Assembly: GCA_903958625.1 (NCBI GenBank)
Contig: CAJBTU010000072.1
Span: forward strand, 4,682 to 68,681
Reading direction: 5' to 3'
DNA length: 64,000 bases
DNA from: an uncultured Ignavibacteriota bacterium
GTDB lineage: Bacteria > Bacteroidota > Ignavibacteria > UBA10030 > UBA8401
Numbering within the stretch: the first letter of the stretch is position 1; each line of letters starts with the position of its first letter. The notes beneath the pieces were generated by a model, which saw only the letters and a list, made by a program, of their open reading frames with translations, had not been told where the DNA came from and made no database searches. The position numbers were made by a program, and so were the translations under genes. This document shows, piece by piece, positions 29,900 to 41,100 of this stretch.

Positions 29900-31198
29900 T
29901 TAATTGAAAAATTCGCGCGGATTCGTGATCACGCCTTTCACTGCCGATGCCGCAACGGTGTACGGCGAAGCAAGATATACCTGTGAGTTCTTCGATCCCA
30001 TTCTTCCCGGAAAATTTCTGTTTGTGGTGGAGATGCATACTTCTGCACCATTCAATCGTCCGAACGTATCGGACGGTCCGCCGAGACAGGCGGCGCACGA
30101 CGAATCACCGATCCGGCAACCGGCTTCTTCAAAGATCTGCATCACGGTCTTATCTTTCACTTTTGTTTTCCGGATCTCTGATGCAACATCCATGGTTGCC
30201 GGAACAATGAAGGTGTCGATCTTCACCTTCTCGCCGTACATGATCTCTGCTGCAGCGATGAAGTCGGAAATTTTACCGCCGGTGCAGCTGCCGATGTATG
30301 CGCGGTCAAGTTTGGTTCCCGCAACTTCGCTCACCGCCGCCTTGTTGTCCGGCGAATGCGGTTTTGCCACCGTTGGTTCAATTTCGTTCACGTTGAATCG
30401 GTGAACGGAGTGATATTTTGCATCGTCATCGTTATAGAAACATTCGAACTGTTTGTTCGAGCGGGCGCGGACATAATCGGTGGTTGTTTTGTCCGGTGCG
30501 CATATTCCATTCTTTCCCCCGGCTTCGATCACCATATTGCATAATGTCATCCGGTCTTCCATGGTCATGGAGTCGATGGTCGAACCGCAGAAATCCATGG
30601 CGCGGTATGTTGCGCCGTCCACACCAATCTTTCCGATCACTGCTAAAATCAGGTCTTTTGCCATCAAATATTTCGGCATCTTCCCTTCAAACACAAACTT
30701 CATTGTTTCCGGCACTTTTACCCATAATTTTCCGGTGCCGAGAACAAAGGCGGCGTCTGTATTGCCGATTCCCGTGGCGAACTCTCCGAATGCTCCGGCC
30801 GTGCACGTATGCGAATCCGTTCCAAACAAGACTTCGCCCGGACGCGTAAAACCCTCTTCGGGCATTGCAACGTGGCAAACCCCTTTGTACCGCGGTGTTC
30901 CGACATCGTAATAGTAAGGAAGATCCTGTTCTTTTGCGAAGTCGCGCAATATTTGGATGTTGCGGTTTGCGTGCATATCCTTGGTGAAGATATAGTGATC
31001 GGGAATGACGACCAGTTTTTCCTTATCCCATACTTTCGCGTCGTTGCCGAACTCCCGTTTAAAGATGCCGAATGTTCCCGGGCCGCACACATCGTGCGTC
31101 ATCAGCACATCAACATCGATCCATACATTATCTCCGGGCTGAACGGAAGATCTTCCGGAATGCTTTGCAAGAATTTTTTCGGTGATCGTCATCGGCAT
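29900..31198 (-). CDS. leuC: 3-isopropylmalate/citramalate isomerase large subunit
   Basis: Motifs GTDSHTCT, YIGSCTGG, CAACLG and STTNRNFPGRMG. Confidence 0.93.
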   Translation of the reverse strand: MPMTITEKILAKHSGRSSVQPGDNVWIDVDVLMTHDVCGPGTFGIFKREFGNDAKVWDKEKLVVIPDHYIFTKDMHANRNIQILRDFAKEQDLPYYYDVGTPRYKGVCHVAMPEEGFTRPGEVLFGTDSHTCTAGAFGEFATGIGNTDAAFVLGTGKLWVKVPETMKFVFEGKMPKYLMAKDLILAVIGKIGVDGATYRAMDFCGSTIDSMTMEDRMTLCNMVIEAGGKNGICAPDKTTTDYVRARSNKQFECFYNDDDAKYHSVHRFNVNEIEPTVAKPHSPDNKAAVSEVAGTKLDRAYIGSCTGGKISDFIAAAEIMYGEKVKIDTFIVPATMDVASEIRKTKVKDKTVMQIFEEAGCRIGDSSCAACLGGPSDTFGRLNGAEVCISTTNRNFPGRMGSKNSQVYLASPYTVAASAVKGVITNPREFFN

Positions 31199-31252
31199 AA
31201 ATCTTCTTTCCTTTGTTCGTACTGTTTCTTTGTTGCCTGGTTGATAATTATT

Positions 31253-32800
31253 TTACACGCCGACGTTTTCGTTTGTTGAGTGCTGTTTCCGGAACCGTGC
31301 TGAAATCGCGTGATTGATCGCGTTAACATATGCCTTTACGCTTCCGGTGATGACATCGGTACTGGCGGACCGGCCGTTGAACACGTACCCGTCGATCGCT
31401 ATCTTTACGAAGACTTCACCGATTGCATCCTGTCCCCACGAAACCGATTTAATAGAATAATCAAGCAGATCGGTTTTGATGTTGGTGATTCTTCCGATTG
31501 CGCGATAGGCGGCATCAACCGGACCGTCACCGGTCGAAGAATCCTGCAGGAATTGATCTCCTTTTTTCAGGCCTACCGTTGCCGTCGGAACGATATTGAT
31601 TCCGCTGGTGACCTGCAGTGTTTCTATCTTGTACGTTTCCTCGAGCGATGATATTTCATCCTGAAGGATCGCAACAAGATCATCGTCGAACACCTGCTTC
31701 TTCTCGTCGGCAAGTTTTGAGAAAAGCACGTATGCCTTTTCCAATTCTTCCGCAGTCAGTTTATATCCGAGCTCTTCGTACCGTTGCTTCAACGCGTGGC
31801 GCCCCGAATGTTTACCCAGCACCAGGGTGCTGTGCTTGATGCCGACGCTGGCCGGTGTCATAATCTCATATGTCAGCGGATTCTTCAGCATTCCGTCCTG
31901 ATGAATTCCGGCTTCATGCGCGAACGCATTTTCGCCGACGATCGCTTTGTTGCGCTGAATATGCATTCCGGTAAGCGACACAAGCATTTTGCTCGACTTG
32001 TATATCTCTTCGGTGTTGATGTTGGTGGAAACTTTCAATGCTTCAGCGCGAGTGCGGATCGCCATAGCAATCTCTTCTAGCGACGCATTGCCGGCGCGTT
32101 CGCCGATTCCGTTGATGGTGCATTCAATTTGCCGCGCTCCGTTTATCATTCCAGACAGCGAGTTCGCAACCGCAAGCCCCAGATCGTCGTGACAGTGAAC
32201 GCTGACAATCGCTTTGCCGATATTCGGCACACGTTCTATCAGCGAACGAATGATCGCTCCATATTCATGCGGCACGGCATATCCGACGGTGTCGGGAATA
32301 TTGATGACGGTCGCACCTTCCGCGATCGCCGCTTCCACTATTTGGCAAAGGAAACCTATGTCGCTGCGCGATGCATCTTCGCACGAAAATTCAATATCAT
32401 TGCAGTACGATTTCGCGCGACGAACCGCTTTGACGGCATTCTCCAGCACTTCGTCCCTGGTCTTTTTCAATTTATATTTTAAATGAATATCCGACGTTGC
32501 GATAAACGTGTGAATGCGCGGCTTCTCGGCATACTTCAGCGCTTCCCACGCCCTGTCAATATCGTTGTCGTTCGCGCGGCAAAGTCCGGCAATCGAAACG
32601 GTGCGGATCTGTTTCGCGATCTCTTTTACCGATTCAAAATCCCCTTCGCTTGCAATCGGGAAACCTGCTTCAATCACGTCAACCTGTAAGCGCTCCAACT
32701 GACGCGCCATTCTGATTTTTTCCACAAAATTCATGCTTGCGCCGGGAGATTGTTCGCCATCGCGCAGCGTTGTATCAAATATATAGACTCGATCATTCAT
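31253..32800 (-). CDS. leuA: 2-isopropylmalate synthase
   Basis: Motifs DTTLRDGEQ, HCHDDLG, GIGERAGNA and HEAGIHQDG, plus a C-terminal regulatory domain. A GGAGG RBS precedes it. Confidence 0.95.
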   Translation of the reverse strand: MNDRVYIFDTTLRDGEQSPGASMNFVEKIRMARQLERLQVDVIEAGFPIASEGDFESVKEIAKQIRTVSIAGLCRANDNDIDRAWEALKYAEKPRIHTFIATSDIHLKYKLKKTRDEVLENAVKAVRRAKSYCNDIEFSCEDASRSDIGFLCQIVEAAIAEGATVINIPDTVGYAVPHEYGAIIRSLIERVPNIGKAIVSVHCHDDLGLAVANSLSGMINGARQIECTINGIGERAGNASLEEIAMAIRTRAEALKVSTNINTEEIYKSSKMLVSLTGMHIQRNKAIVGENAFAHEAGIHQDGMLKNPLTYEIMTPASVGIKHSTLVLGKHSGRHALKQRYEELGYKLTAEELEKAYVLFSKLADEKKQVFDDDLVAILQDEISSLEETYKIETLQVTSGINIVPTATVGLKKGDQFLQDSSTGDGPVDAAYRAIGRITNIKTDLLDYSIKSVSWGQDAIGEVFVKIAIDGYVFNGRSASTDVITGSVKAYVNAINHAISARFRKQHSTNENVGV

Positions 32801-32905
32801 ACGATCCTCCGGTTAATTTCCAAAAGTCAAATTTCTTTTCAAAATTCCTGAACATTAAAAACTTACGGTCAATTTGTGATCCGGTATTTGCTGATTCAAA
32901 TATTG

Positions 32906-33919
32906 CTATAGATGTCTGTTCTCCAGCGGTAGATATCTGCGTATCTCATCCATCAGTTTCGAAAATTGTTCCGGCATAAGAGATTGCGCCCCGTCCGAAA
33001 ATGCCTTTTCCGGATTCGGATGCATTTCAATAATGATCCCGTCTGCGCCGGCGGGAACGGCTGCTTTTGCCATCGGTGTGATGAGGCTCCGAATTCCCGT
33101 TCCGTGACTCGGATCGACGATGACCGGTAGATGCGACATTTCTTTCAGCGCCGGCACTGCTGCCAGATCGAACGTGTTGCGGGTATAATCTTCAAAGGTC
33201 CGTATGCCGCGTTCGCATAACACAACATCATAATTCCCCTGCGACATGATATATTCGGCAGACATCAGAAGTTCTTTGTATGTGCTCGACATTCCGCGTT
33301 TTAAAAGGATGGGACGTTTTGACCTGCCGACTTCTTTTAACAAAGCGAAATTCTGCATATTGCGTGCGCCGATCTGCAGCATATCGGAATATCTTGCCAC
33401 AAGATCGACGTCGCCCGGCGAGATCACTTCTGTTGCAAAAGGCAATCCGGTTTTTTCTCTCGCTTCCGCCAGCAGTTTCAATCCTTCCTCTTCCAGCCCC
33501 TGAAACGAATACGGTGACGTTCTTGGTTTGAATGCTCCGCCGCGAAGCATCTGTGCCCCCGCTTTCTTCACCAGTTCGGCGCTGAGGATGATCTGCTCCC
33601 TTGACTCTACGGAACATGGTCCTGCAATCACAACAAATTGTGAATTTCCAAATTCCACGTTACCCACCTTTACCACGGTGCGCGGTTTTGTTTCTTTGCT
33701 GGCAAGTTTGAACGGTTTGAGAATTGGAAGAACATTCTCAACGTAATCCAGTGATTCCAGCTGCTGCAGTTGTGCTTTGCCGCGTTCATCGCCGACACAT
33801 GCTATCACCGTACGTTCATCACCGACAATAGGATGCGGTTTGAAGCCATACTCCGTTACCCTGTCGATGATGTGGTTGTATTCTTCTTTTTTCGTTCCGG
33901 GCTTTAAGACGATAATCAT
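32906..33919 (-). CDS. aroF: DAHP synthase type I-beta with N-terminal ACT-like regulatory domain
   Basis: Motifs [34 protein letters not shown] and DPSHG. Confidence 0.93.
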   Translation of the reverse strand: MIIVLKPGTKKEEYNHIIDRVTEYGFKPHPIVGDERTVIACVGDERGKAQLQQLESLDYVENVLPILKPFKLASKETKPRTVVKVGNVEFGNSQFVVIAGPCSVESREQIILSAELVKKAGAQMLRGGAFKPRTSPYSFQGLEEEGLKLLAEAREKTGLPFATEVISPGDVDLVARYSDMLQIGARNMQNFALLKEVGRSKRPILLKRGMSSTYKELLMSAEYIMSQGNYDVVLCERGIRTFEDYTRNTFDLAAVPALKEMSHLPVIVDPSHGTGIRSLITPMAKAAVPAGADGIIIEMHPNPEKAFSDGAQSLMPEQFSKLMDEIRRYLPLENRHL

Positions 33920-33928
33920 ATGTATCCT

Positions 33929-35509
33929 TTATGTTTTCTTCTTTAATAAGTGATAAGTGATTGAATCAACAAGTGCCTTCCAGCTTGCGTCAACAACATC
34001 CGACGAAACACCGACCGTATTCCACGACGATGTGCCGTTTTTCGTTTCGATCAGCACGCGGACCTTTGCCGCGGTTGCATTCTGTGAATCCAGTACGCGT
34101 ACTTTGTAATCTGTTAATTGAATTTCTTTCAGTTCCGGATAGAATCGTTCAAGCGCTTTTCGCAGTGCTTTGTCCATCGCGTTCACCGGACCGTTCCCTT
34201 CGGCGGCCGTCATTTCGGTTTCTTCGCCGACACGGATCTTGATCATCGCTTCGCTTCGCGCGTCAACATCATTGGAATCTTTGTGAATGCTGATCTTGAA
34301 TCTTTCCAGCTCGAACAATTTCTGGATCTCTCCGGTGTGTTTCTTTACCAGCAGTTCGAACGACGCCTCGGCATCCTCGAAATAATATCCGTAATGTTCC
34401 ATCTCTTTCAGTTCTTCTACGATCTTCTGGGCCGCGGGAGATTTGTCGTCGATCTTCAGTCCAAGCTCTTCCGCCTTGTAAAGAACATTGCTCTTTCCGG
34501 ACAGATCGGACATTAAAACGCGGCGCACATTCCCGACAATCTCCGGTTCAATGTGTTCATACGTCTTCGGTGTTTTCATTACGGCGCTTACGTGTACGCC
34601 CCCCTTGTGGGCAAACGCACTCTCGCCGACGAACGCCATATTTTTTTTGTGCTTCAGATTCGCCAGTTCGCTTACGTAGCGGGAAACATCTGTGATTTTT
34701 TTCAGCTGTTCTTTTCCAACGGTTTCACATCCCATCTTTATTTCAAGGTTGGGGATAATGGAGCAGAGATTGGCGTTTCCGCAGCGTTCGCCGTAGCCGT
34801 TGATCGTTCCCTGCACGTGGGTTGCTCCGTGCTGAATGGCGGCAAGCGCATTTGCAACGCCGACTTCCGAATCGTTGTGAGTATGAATTCCCAGTTGAAC
34901 AGTGATCGATGATTTTATTTCGTCAACAATGCCGGATACTTCCCACGGCATCGTGCCGCCGTTCGTATCGCATAGAACAATAACGTCCGCGCCGGACTGC
35001 TGCGCCGCCTGCAGTGTTTTTATCGCGTATGCCTTGTCGGACTTATATCCGTCAAAGAAATGCTCCGCATCATACACAACTTCTTTGCCGTTCTTTTTCA
35101 AATATGCCACAGAGTCGGAAATGATCTCGAGATTCTCTTCCTCCGTGATCTGCAGCGCCTCTTTCACATGAAGGATCCATGTTTTGCCGAAGATCGTCAC
35201 AACCGGGGTTTGCGCATCGAGCAGCGCCTTAATGTTTGCATCATCTTCAACTCTGTTCTTTGCGCGGCGCGTACTTCCGAACGCGGCGACCTTGGCGTGA
35301 ACAAAGTGAATGTCGCGCGCCTTCTCGAAGAATTCCATATCCTTCGGATTGGAGCCGGGCCATCCCCCTTCGATGTAGTCGATGCCGAATGCATCAAGAC
35401 GCTTTGCGATCTTGATCTTGTCCTCGGCCGAGAAAGAAACTTCTTCCCCCTGGGTTCCATCCCGCAGCGTTGTATCGTATGTAAAAATTTTTTTCATTGT
35501 CATATGCAT
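33929..35509 (-). CDS. cimA: Citramalate synthase
   Basis: Motifs [33 protein letters not shown] and AFAHKGGVH. The start could instead be 35503 or 35497. Confidence 0.9.
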   Translation of the reverse strand: MHMTMKKIFTYDTTLRDGTQGEEVSFSAEDKIKIAKRLDAFGIDYIEGGWPGSNPKDMEFFEKARDIHFVHAKVAAFGSTRRAKNRVEDDANIKALLDAQTPVVTIFGKTWILHVKEALQITEEENLEIISDSVAYLKKNGKEVVYDAEHFFDGYKSDKAYAIKTLQAAQQSGADVIVLCDTNGGTMPWEVSGIVDEIKSSITVQLGIHTHNDSEVGVANALAAIQHGATHVQGTINGYGERCGNANLCSIIPNLEIKMGCETVGKEQLKKITDVSRYVSELANLKHKKNMAFVGESAFAHKGGVHVSAVMKTPKTYEHIEPEIVGNVRRVLMSDLSGKSNVLYKAEELGLKIDDKSPAAQKIVEELKEMEHYGYYFEDAEASFELLVKKHTGEIQKLFELERFKISIHKDSNDVDARSEAMIKIRVGEETEMTAAEGNGPVNAMDKALRKALERFYPELKEIQLTDYKVRVLDSQNATAAKVRVLIETKNGTSSWNTVGVSSDVVDASWKALVDSITYHLLKKKT

Positions 35510-35548
35510 GAATGATGTCGCGGCGGATAATGAAACAAATTAATTCGC

Positions 35549-35571
35549 CGTCTTTCCTCTGTTGCGGTGAA
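35549..35571. repeat. Intergenic direct repeat, copy 1 (downstream of ilvC)
   Basis: CGTCTTTCCTC-tg-TTGCGGTGAA. The same two blocks occur at 36680-36704. Confidence 0.7.
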
Positions 35572-35574
35572 CGG

Positions 35575-36630
35575 TTATTTCTTCCAGTTTTCCGGCCGCA
35601 ATCCCCGCACCGCTTCGCCCGCTTTCCACATTTCGGAGTTTTTCCATTCATCCAGTTCCTTTTGCAGAATGGAACGGTAATCCGGAGAACTTGTTGAATC
35701 AAGAACCCGTTTTGTTTCTACGCCGTATTGAACGTCGCGGTACAGTAATTCAAACAACGGACGATTTGCCGTTTCAAATTTTTTCGCCCAATCAAGCGCT
35801 CCGCGCTGTGCGGTGACCGAACATGCCGCAAACATCCAGTCCATTCCGTGTTTTCCTACAAGAGGATACAGGCTTTGCGTGGCTTCTTCCACCGTTTCGT
35901 TGAATGCTTCGCTGGGTGAATGTCCCATTTGGCGCAGAACATCGTATTGCGCCTTCATCAATCCGGCAATTGCACCCATCAACACACCGCGCTCGCCGGT
36001 AAGATCGGAAAGAACTTCTTTTTCAAATGTTGTGGGGAACAAATATCCCGAACCAATGGCGATACCGCATGCAATCGCGCGTTCACGTGCTTTACCGGTC
36101 GCATCCTGGAATACGGCAAAGCTGGCGTTAATTCCGCTTCCGGCCAGGAAATTACTCCGCACCGTACGTCCGCTTCCTTTCGGCGCAACCAGAACCACAT
36201 CAACATCCGCCGGCGGAATAACATTTGTTTGATCTTTGAAAACGATTGAGAAACCGTGCGAAAAATATAACGCCTGACCTTTTTTCAAATTCTTTTTCAC
36301 AACTTCCCACTGCTGCTTTTGCCCGGAATCGGAGAGCAGATATTGAACGATCGTCCCTTTTTGGATCGCTTCTTCAATATTTGAGAAAAGATTTTTCCCT
36401 TCCACCCAGCCGTCGCGGATGGCGTCACTCCATCCTTGTCCCCCCTTGCGCTGGCCGACAATAACGTTAATGCCATTGTCTCGCATGTTGAGCGATTGTC
36501 CGTATCCTTGCGGACCGTAACCGATAATCGCCACAACCTCGTTCTTTAAAAATTCCTTTGCTTTCTCAAGCGGATATTCCTCGCGGGTAACAACTTCTTC
36601 AACTGTTCCGCCAAAATTGATCTGTGCCAT
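35575..36630 (-). CDS. ilvC: Ketol-acid reductoisomerase
   Basis: Motifs IIGYGPQG, FSHGF, VAPKGSG and SDLTGERGVLMG. The start MAQINFGG at 36630 follows a GGAGAG RBS. Confidence 0.95.
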   Translation of the reverse strand: MAQINFGGTVEEVVTREEYPLEKAKEFLKNEVVAIIGYGPQGYGQSLNMRDNGINVIVGQRKGGQGWSDAIRDGWVEGKNLFSNIEEAIQKGTIVQYLLSDSGQKQQWEVVKKNLKKGQALYFSHGFSIVFKDQTNVIPPADVDVVLVAPKGSGRTVRSNFLAGSGINASFAVFQDATGKARERAIACGIAIGSGYLFPTTFEKEVLSDLTGERGVLMGAIAGLMKAQYDVLRQMGHSPSEAFNETVEEATQSLYPLVGKHGMDWMFAACSVTAQRGALDWAKKFETANRPLFELLYRDVQYGVETKRVLDSTSSPDYRSILQKELDEWKNSEMWKAGEAVRGLRPENWKK

Positions 36631-36679
36631 GTGTCTCTCCTGAATTTTCCGGCGCCGGGAACACAAAGATATCTTTCTT

Positions 36680-36704
36680 CGTCTTTCCTCGCCCTTGCGG
36701 TGAA
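36680..36704. repeat. Intergenic direct repeat, copy 2 (upstream of ilvC)
   Basis: CGTCTTTCCTC-gccc-TTGCGGTGAA. Confidence 0.7.
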
Positions 36705-36731
36705 ATGTATTATGTATTAATTTTTCAATCG

Positions 36732-38153
36732 TTACGGAAGCGTTGTTGCTCCCATCAAATATTTATCCACGCTGCGCGCCGCTTTGCGTCCTTCGCTGAT
36801 CGCCCAAACAACAAGAGATTGACCGCGCCGCATATCTCCGGCTGAAAATATTCCCGGAACAGAACTCATATACTCCTTATCGGTGGAAACGTTGCTGCGT
36901 GCATCAAGAGCAACGCCAAGCTCATCAAGCAGACCGCTCTTAGTCGGACCGTTGAATCCCATCGCCAGTAATACCAGGTCGGCTTCCAGTGTGAACTCCG
37001 TTCCGGTGACGGGTGCAAAATTCGGCGGAGGACCGACGCGGATCGCGTGAAGTGTTGTAACGTTTCCATTTACATCACCTCCAAATTTTGTCGTAGCAAG
37101 AGCCCAGTCCCGCGTTCCACCTTCTTCGTGCGAACTTTCCGTTCGTAATTGCAGCGGCCATTGCGGCCACGGCGTTGAAGCAGCACGTTCAAGCGGCGGT
37201 TTGGGCATAATTTCAAACTGATGTACCGATTTCGCTTTTTGACGCAAACTTGTTCCAAGACAATCCGCACCGGTGTCGCCGCCGCCGATAATGATGACGC
37301 GTTTCCCTGTGGCGAGAATGTCTTTTGCGGGATCTGATGAATCGCCGGCGTTGCGGCGATTTTGCTGCGGAAGAAATTCCATCGCAAAATGGATCCCTTT
37401 CAATTCTCGTCCCGGTACTTTTAGGTCGCGCGGAGATTCCGATCCGCCGCACAAAAGGATAGCATCATACGACCGCCGCAATTCGTCTGCGGAAATATTC
37501 ACGCCGACATTTGTCTTCGTTGTAAAAACAATTCCTTCCGCCTGCAATTGTTCTACGCGGCGATCAAGCAGATGTTTTTCAAATTTGAAGTCGGGAATTC
37601 CGTACCGAAGCAATCCTCCTACCCGGTCATTCTTCTCATACACTGTTACGCGGTGTCCGGCGCGATTCAATTGCTGCGCGGCCGCCAAACCGGACGGACC
37701 CGATCCAATCACGGCTACTGTTTTACCGGTTCGTTTTACCGGCGGTTCGGGTTTTATCCAACCGTGTTTGAATGCATACTCTATGATCGTTCTTTCGATC
37801 ACTTTGATCGTCACGGGCGGTTCATTAATTCCCAGCACGCAGGATGCTTCGCACGGCGCGGGACAGACGTTGCCGGTAAATTCTGGAAAATTATTTGTTG
37901 AGTGTAAGATTCGAATCGCTTCTTCCCAGCGATTTTTATAGATGAGATCATTCCAGTGCGGGATAACGTTGTTTACGGGACAACCCGATTGACAGAACGG
38001 TATTCCGCAATCCATGCAGCGGGCACCCTGCGTTTGCACTTTTTCTTCGGCAAAAGCAGTGTACACATCACGCCAATCCTCCAGGCGCTCTAATGCGGGT
38101 CTGCGCTGCGGAACTTCGCGCTGATATTCCATGAATCCGGTTGGCTTACCCAT
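36732..38153 (-). CDS. gltD: Glutamate synthase small subunit
   Basis: MGKPTGF start, [25 protein letters not shown] and GQSLVVWAI. Confidence 0.95.
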   Translation of the reverse strand: MGKPTGFMEYQREVPQRRPALERLEDWRDVYTAFAEEKVQTQGARCMDCGIPFCQSGCPVNNVIPHWNDLIYKNRWEEAIRILHSTNNFPEFTGNVCPAPCEASCVLGINEPPVTIKVIERTIIEYAFKHGWIKPEPPVKRTGKTVAVIGSGPSGLAAAQQLNRAGHRVTVYEKNDRVGGLLRYGIPDFKFEKHLLDRRVEQLQAEGIVFTTKTNVGVNISADELRRSYDAILLCGGSESPRDLKVPGRELKGIHFAMEFLPQQNRRNAGDSSDPAKDILATGKRVIIIGGGDTGADCLGTSLRQKAKSVHQFEIMPKPPLERAASTPWPQWPLQLRTESSHEEGGTRDWALATTKFGGDVNGNVTTLHAIRVGPPPNFAPVTGTEFTLEADLVLLAMGFNGPTKSGLLDELGVALDARSNVSTDKEYMSSVPGIFSAGDMRRGQSLVVWAISEGRKAARSVDKYLMGATTLP

Positions 38154-41100
38154 TAACCGCCTCCTTGTCCGAACCATTCTTTTTCAGAGTGACTGTCTCC
38201 TCGAGCATTTTTTGTTTTGCATTTAAGACTCGTTTATAGTCATGTGGAAATACTTTCACAAACTTCATCTTGAATGTTTCCCATTCAATAAGGATCCTCT
38301 CTCCGCGCCGGCTTCCGGTCAGATCAACGTGCCTCTTGATGAGATTTTGTACGAGACGTTCGTCGTCAATGTTGAGGGCATCAAGATCAACGATGGATTT
38401 ATTGCACATTTTTGTTGCAAATTCTCCATCCTCATCCAATACAAACGCATATCCGCCCGACATGCCGGCGGCGAAATTCTTTCCCGTCTTGCCAAGCACC
38501 ACAACGATGCCGTTCGTCATATATTCGCATCCGTTTGCGCCAACAGATTCCACCACAACGGTTGCACCGGAATTCCGGACGGCAAATCGCTCGCCTGCTT
38601 TTCCGCCAAAATACGCTTCGCCGCTCGTCGCGCCGTATAACACGACATTACCGACGATCGAATTATCTTCGGGAACAAAACTGGAATTTTTCGGCGGAAA
38701 AATAATGATCTTTCCTCCCGACAGTCCTTTGCCGACATAATCGTTTGCATCTCCTTCAAGTTTCAGCGTTACACCTTTGGAAAGGAATGCTCCGAAACTT
38801 TGTCCTGCCGAACCGGTGAAGTTGATTGTGATCGTGCTTTCCGGCAATCCTTCGGCGCCGTAATATTTTGCAATACGCCCGCTGAGCAATGCTCCCACTG
38901 TCCGGTGCACGTTTCTGATCGTCAGCGATAATTCAACAGGTTTCTTTTCTTCGAGTGCAATTTTTGTCTGTTCAAGCAGCTGATAGTCGAGCGCTTCGTT
39001 GATGCCGTGGTCCTGCGGAATCATACAGCGTCGGCCGATCCTTAACGGCACCGTCGGCTGATGAAGGATGGAAGAGAGGTCTACTCCCTTCGCTTTCCAA
39101 TGGTCAACATCTTTTCTCTGTTGAAGCATGTCAACGCGCCCGATCATTTCATCCAGCGTGCGGAATCCAAGTTTCGCCATGATCTCGCGGACTTCATCAG
39201 CGATAAAAAAGAAAAAGTTGATGACGTGTTCCGGCGTGCCCGTGAATTTTTTTCTCAGCTCCGGGTCCTGCGTTGCAATACCAACGGGACAGGTGTTGAG
39301 ATGACACTTCCGCATCATGATGCATCCCATTGCGATGAGAGGAGTTGTTGAGAAACCGAATTCTTCCGCGCCAAGAAGCGCAGCAATGACAACATCGCGC
39401 CCCGTTTGCAGTTTGCCGTCCGTTTGCAGGCGAACGCGGCTGCGAAGATCGTTCATCACCAATACCTGCTGTGTCTCGGCAAGGCCAAGCTCCCACGGAA
39501 CTCCGGCATGTTTGATCGATGTCAGCGGCGATGCACCTGTTCCGCCGTTGTCTCCGCTGATCAGGATCATATCGGCGTGCGCTTTGGCAACACCGGCCGC
39601 CACGGTTCCAACACCGACTTCGGAAACCAGTTTCACCGAGATTCTCGCGATCGGGTTCACATTTTTCAGATCATAGATCAATTGCGCAAGGTCTTCTATA
39701 GAATAGATGTCGTGATGCGGCGGCGGCGAAATTAGTCCGACGCCGGCGATCGAATGCCGCGTCTTTGCGATCACTTCGTCAACTTTGAAACCGGGAAGCT
39801 GACCTCCCTCGCCCGGCTTCGCTCCCTGCGCGATTTTAATCTGGATCTCATCTGCATTCACAAGATAATTAGCCGTTACACCAAATCGTCCGGAGGCAAC
39901 CTGCTTGATCGCGCTTCTCCGCAGATCACCATTAGCATCGGAACGGAATCGCGCTTCATCCTCTCCCCCTTCGCCGGTGTTCGATTTTCCGCCGATGCGG
40001 TTCATTGCAATGGCGATCGTTTCGTGCGCTTCTTTGCTGATGGAACCGAACGACATTGCTCCCGTTACAAACCGCTTTACAATCTGCTTTGCCGGTTCAA
40101 CATCTTCTATGTGAACACTTCTTGTTCCTTCTTTGAACTCCATTAATCCGCGAAGCGTGAAGAATTCTTTGTTCTGATCGTTGAGAGCGCTTGTAAACTC
40201 CTTAAATGTCTTGAAATCCCTTTTGCGTACAGATTGCTGCAACTTCGTTACCGTTGTCGGATTGATGAGATGACGTTCACCGCTGCTGCGGAAGTGATAA
40301 TTTCCGCCGAGATCAAGTTCGGTATTTGCCTGCGAGAACGGCTGAAATGCGAATTCGTGTTTTCTTCTCGCCTCTTCCACTAACACGTCCAGCCCTATCC
40401 CTTCAATGCGCGATGATGTGCCGTGAAAATATTTTTCCACCACTTTTTTATTTAATCCGATGATCTCAAATATCTGCGCTCCCCGATAACTTTGCAGTGT
40501 TGAAATTCCCATTTTGGAAAAGACTTTTAACAATCCTTTCCCAACTGCCTTTTTATAGTTTTTCACCGCATATTCCGCCGTCACATCTTTTGATAATCTT
40601 CCTTTGTTGGCAAGATCCTCGATCGTTTCAATGGCAAGATATGGATTGACGGCGCTTGCTCCGTAGCCGATCAATAAACAATAATGCATTATCTCGCGCG
40701 GCTCTCCGGATTCAACAACGAGCGCAACCTGCGTGCGGGTTTTTTCTCTTACCAAATGATTGTGTACGGCCGTCATTGCCAATAAACTCGGGATCGGCGC
40801 ATATTCTTCATCCGAACCGCGGTCGGAAAGAATGATGATGGAATATCCCGACTCGATCGCCAGCGATGCGCGGCGGCAAAGACCGTCGAGCGCCCGCTCC
40901 AGTTCCTGTTCGCCGCCGTTCACGCGGAACAGCATCGGCAGTGTGGTTGTTAGAAAATCTCCCTGCGAAACACGGCGAAGTTTTTCCAGTTCAACATTCG
41001 TCAGTATCGGATGCTGCAGTTTCAGTGTGTGACAATGCAGCGGCGTTTCTTCCAGAATGTTTCTTTCGGTGCCAATATAGCTTGTCAGCGACATCACAAA

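Noticed and set aside
32793..32855. 20-codon minus-strand ORF MFRNFEKKFDFWKLTGGSYE, rich in Phe/Trp/Tyr, between aroF and leuA
   Set aside because: It lies downstream of aroF rather than upstream, has no RBS or alternative helices that I could find, and TTT codons are expected in an AT-rich spacer.
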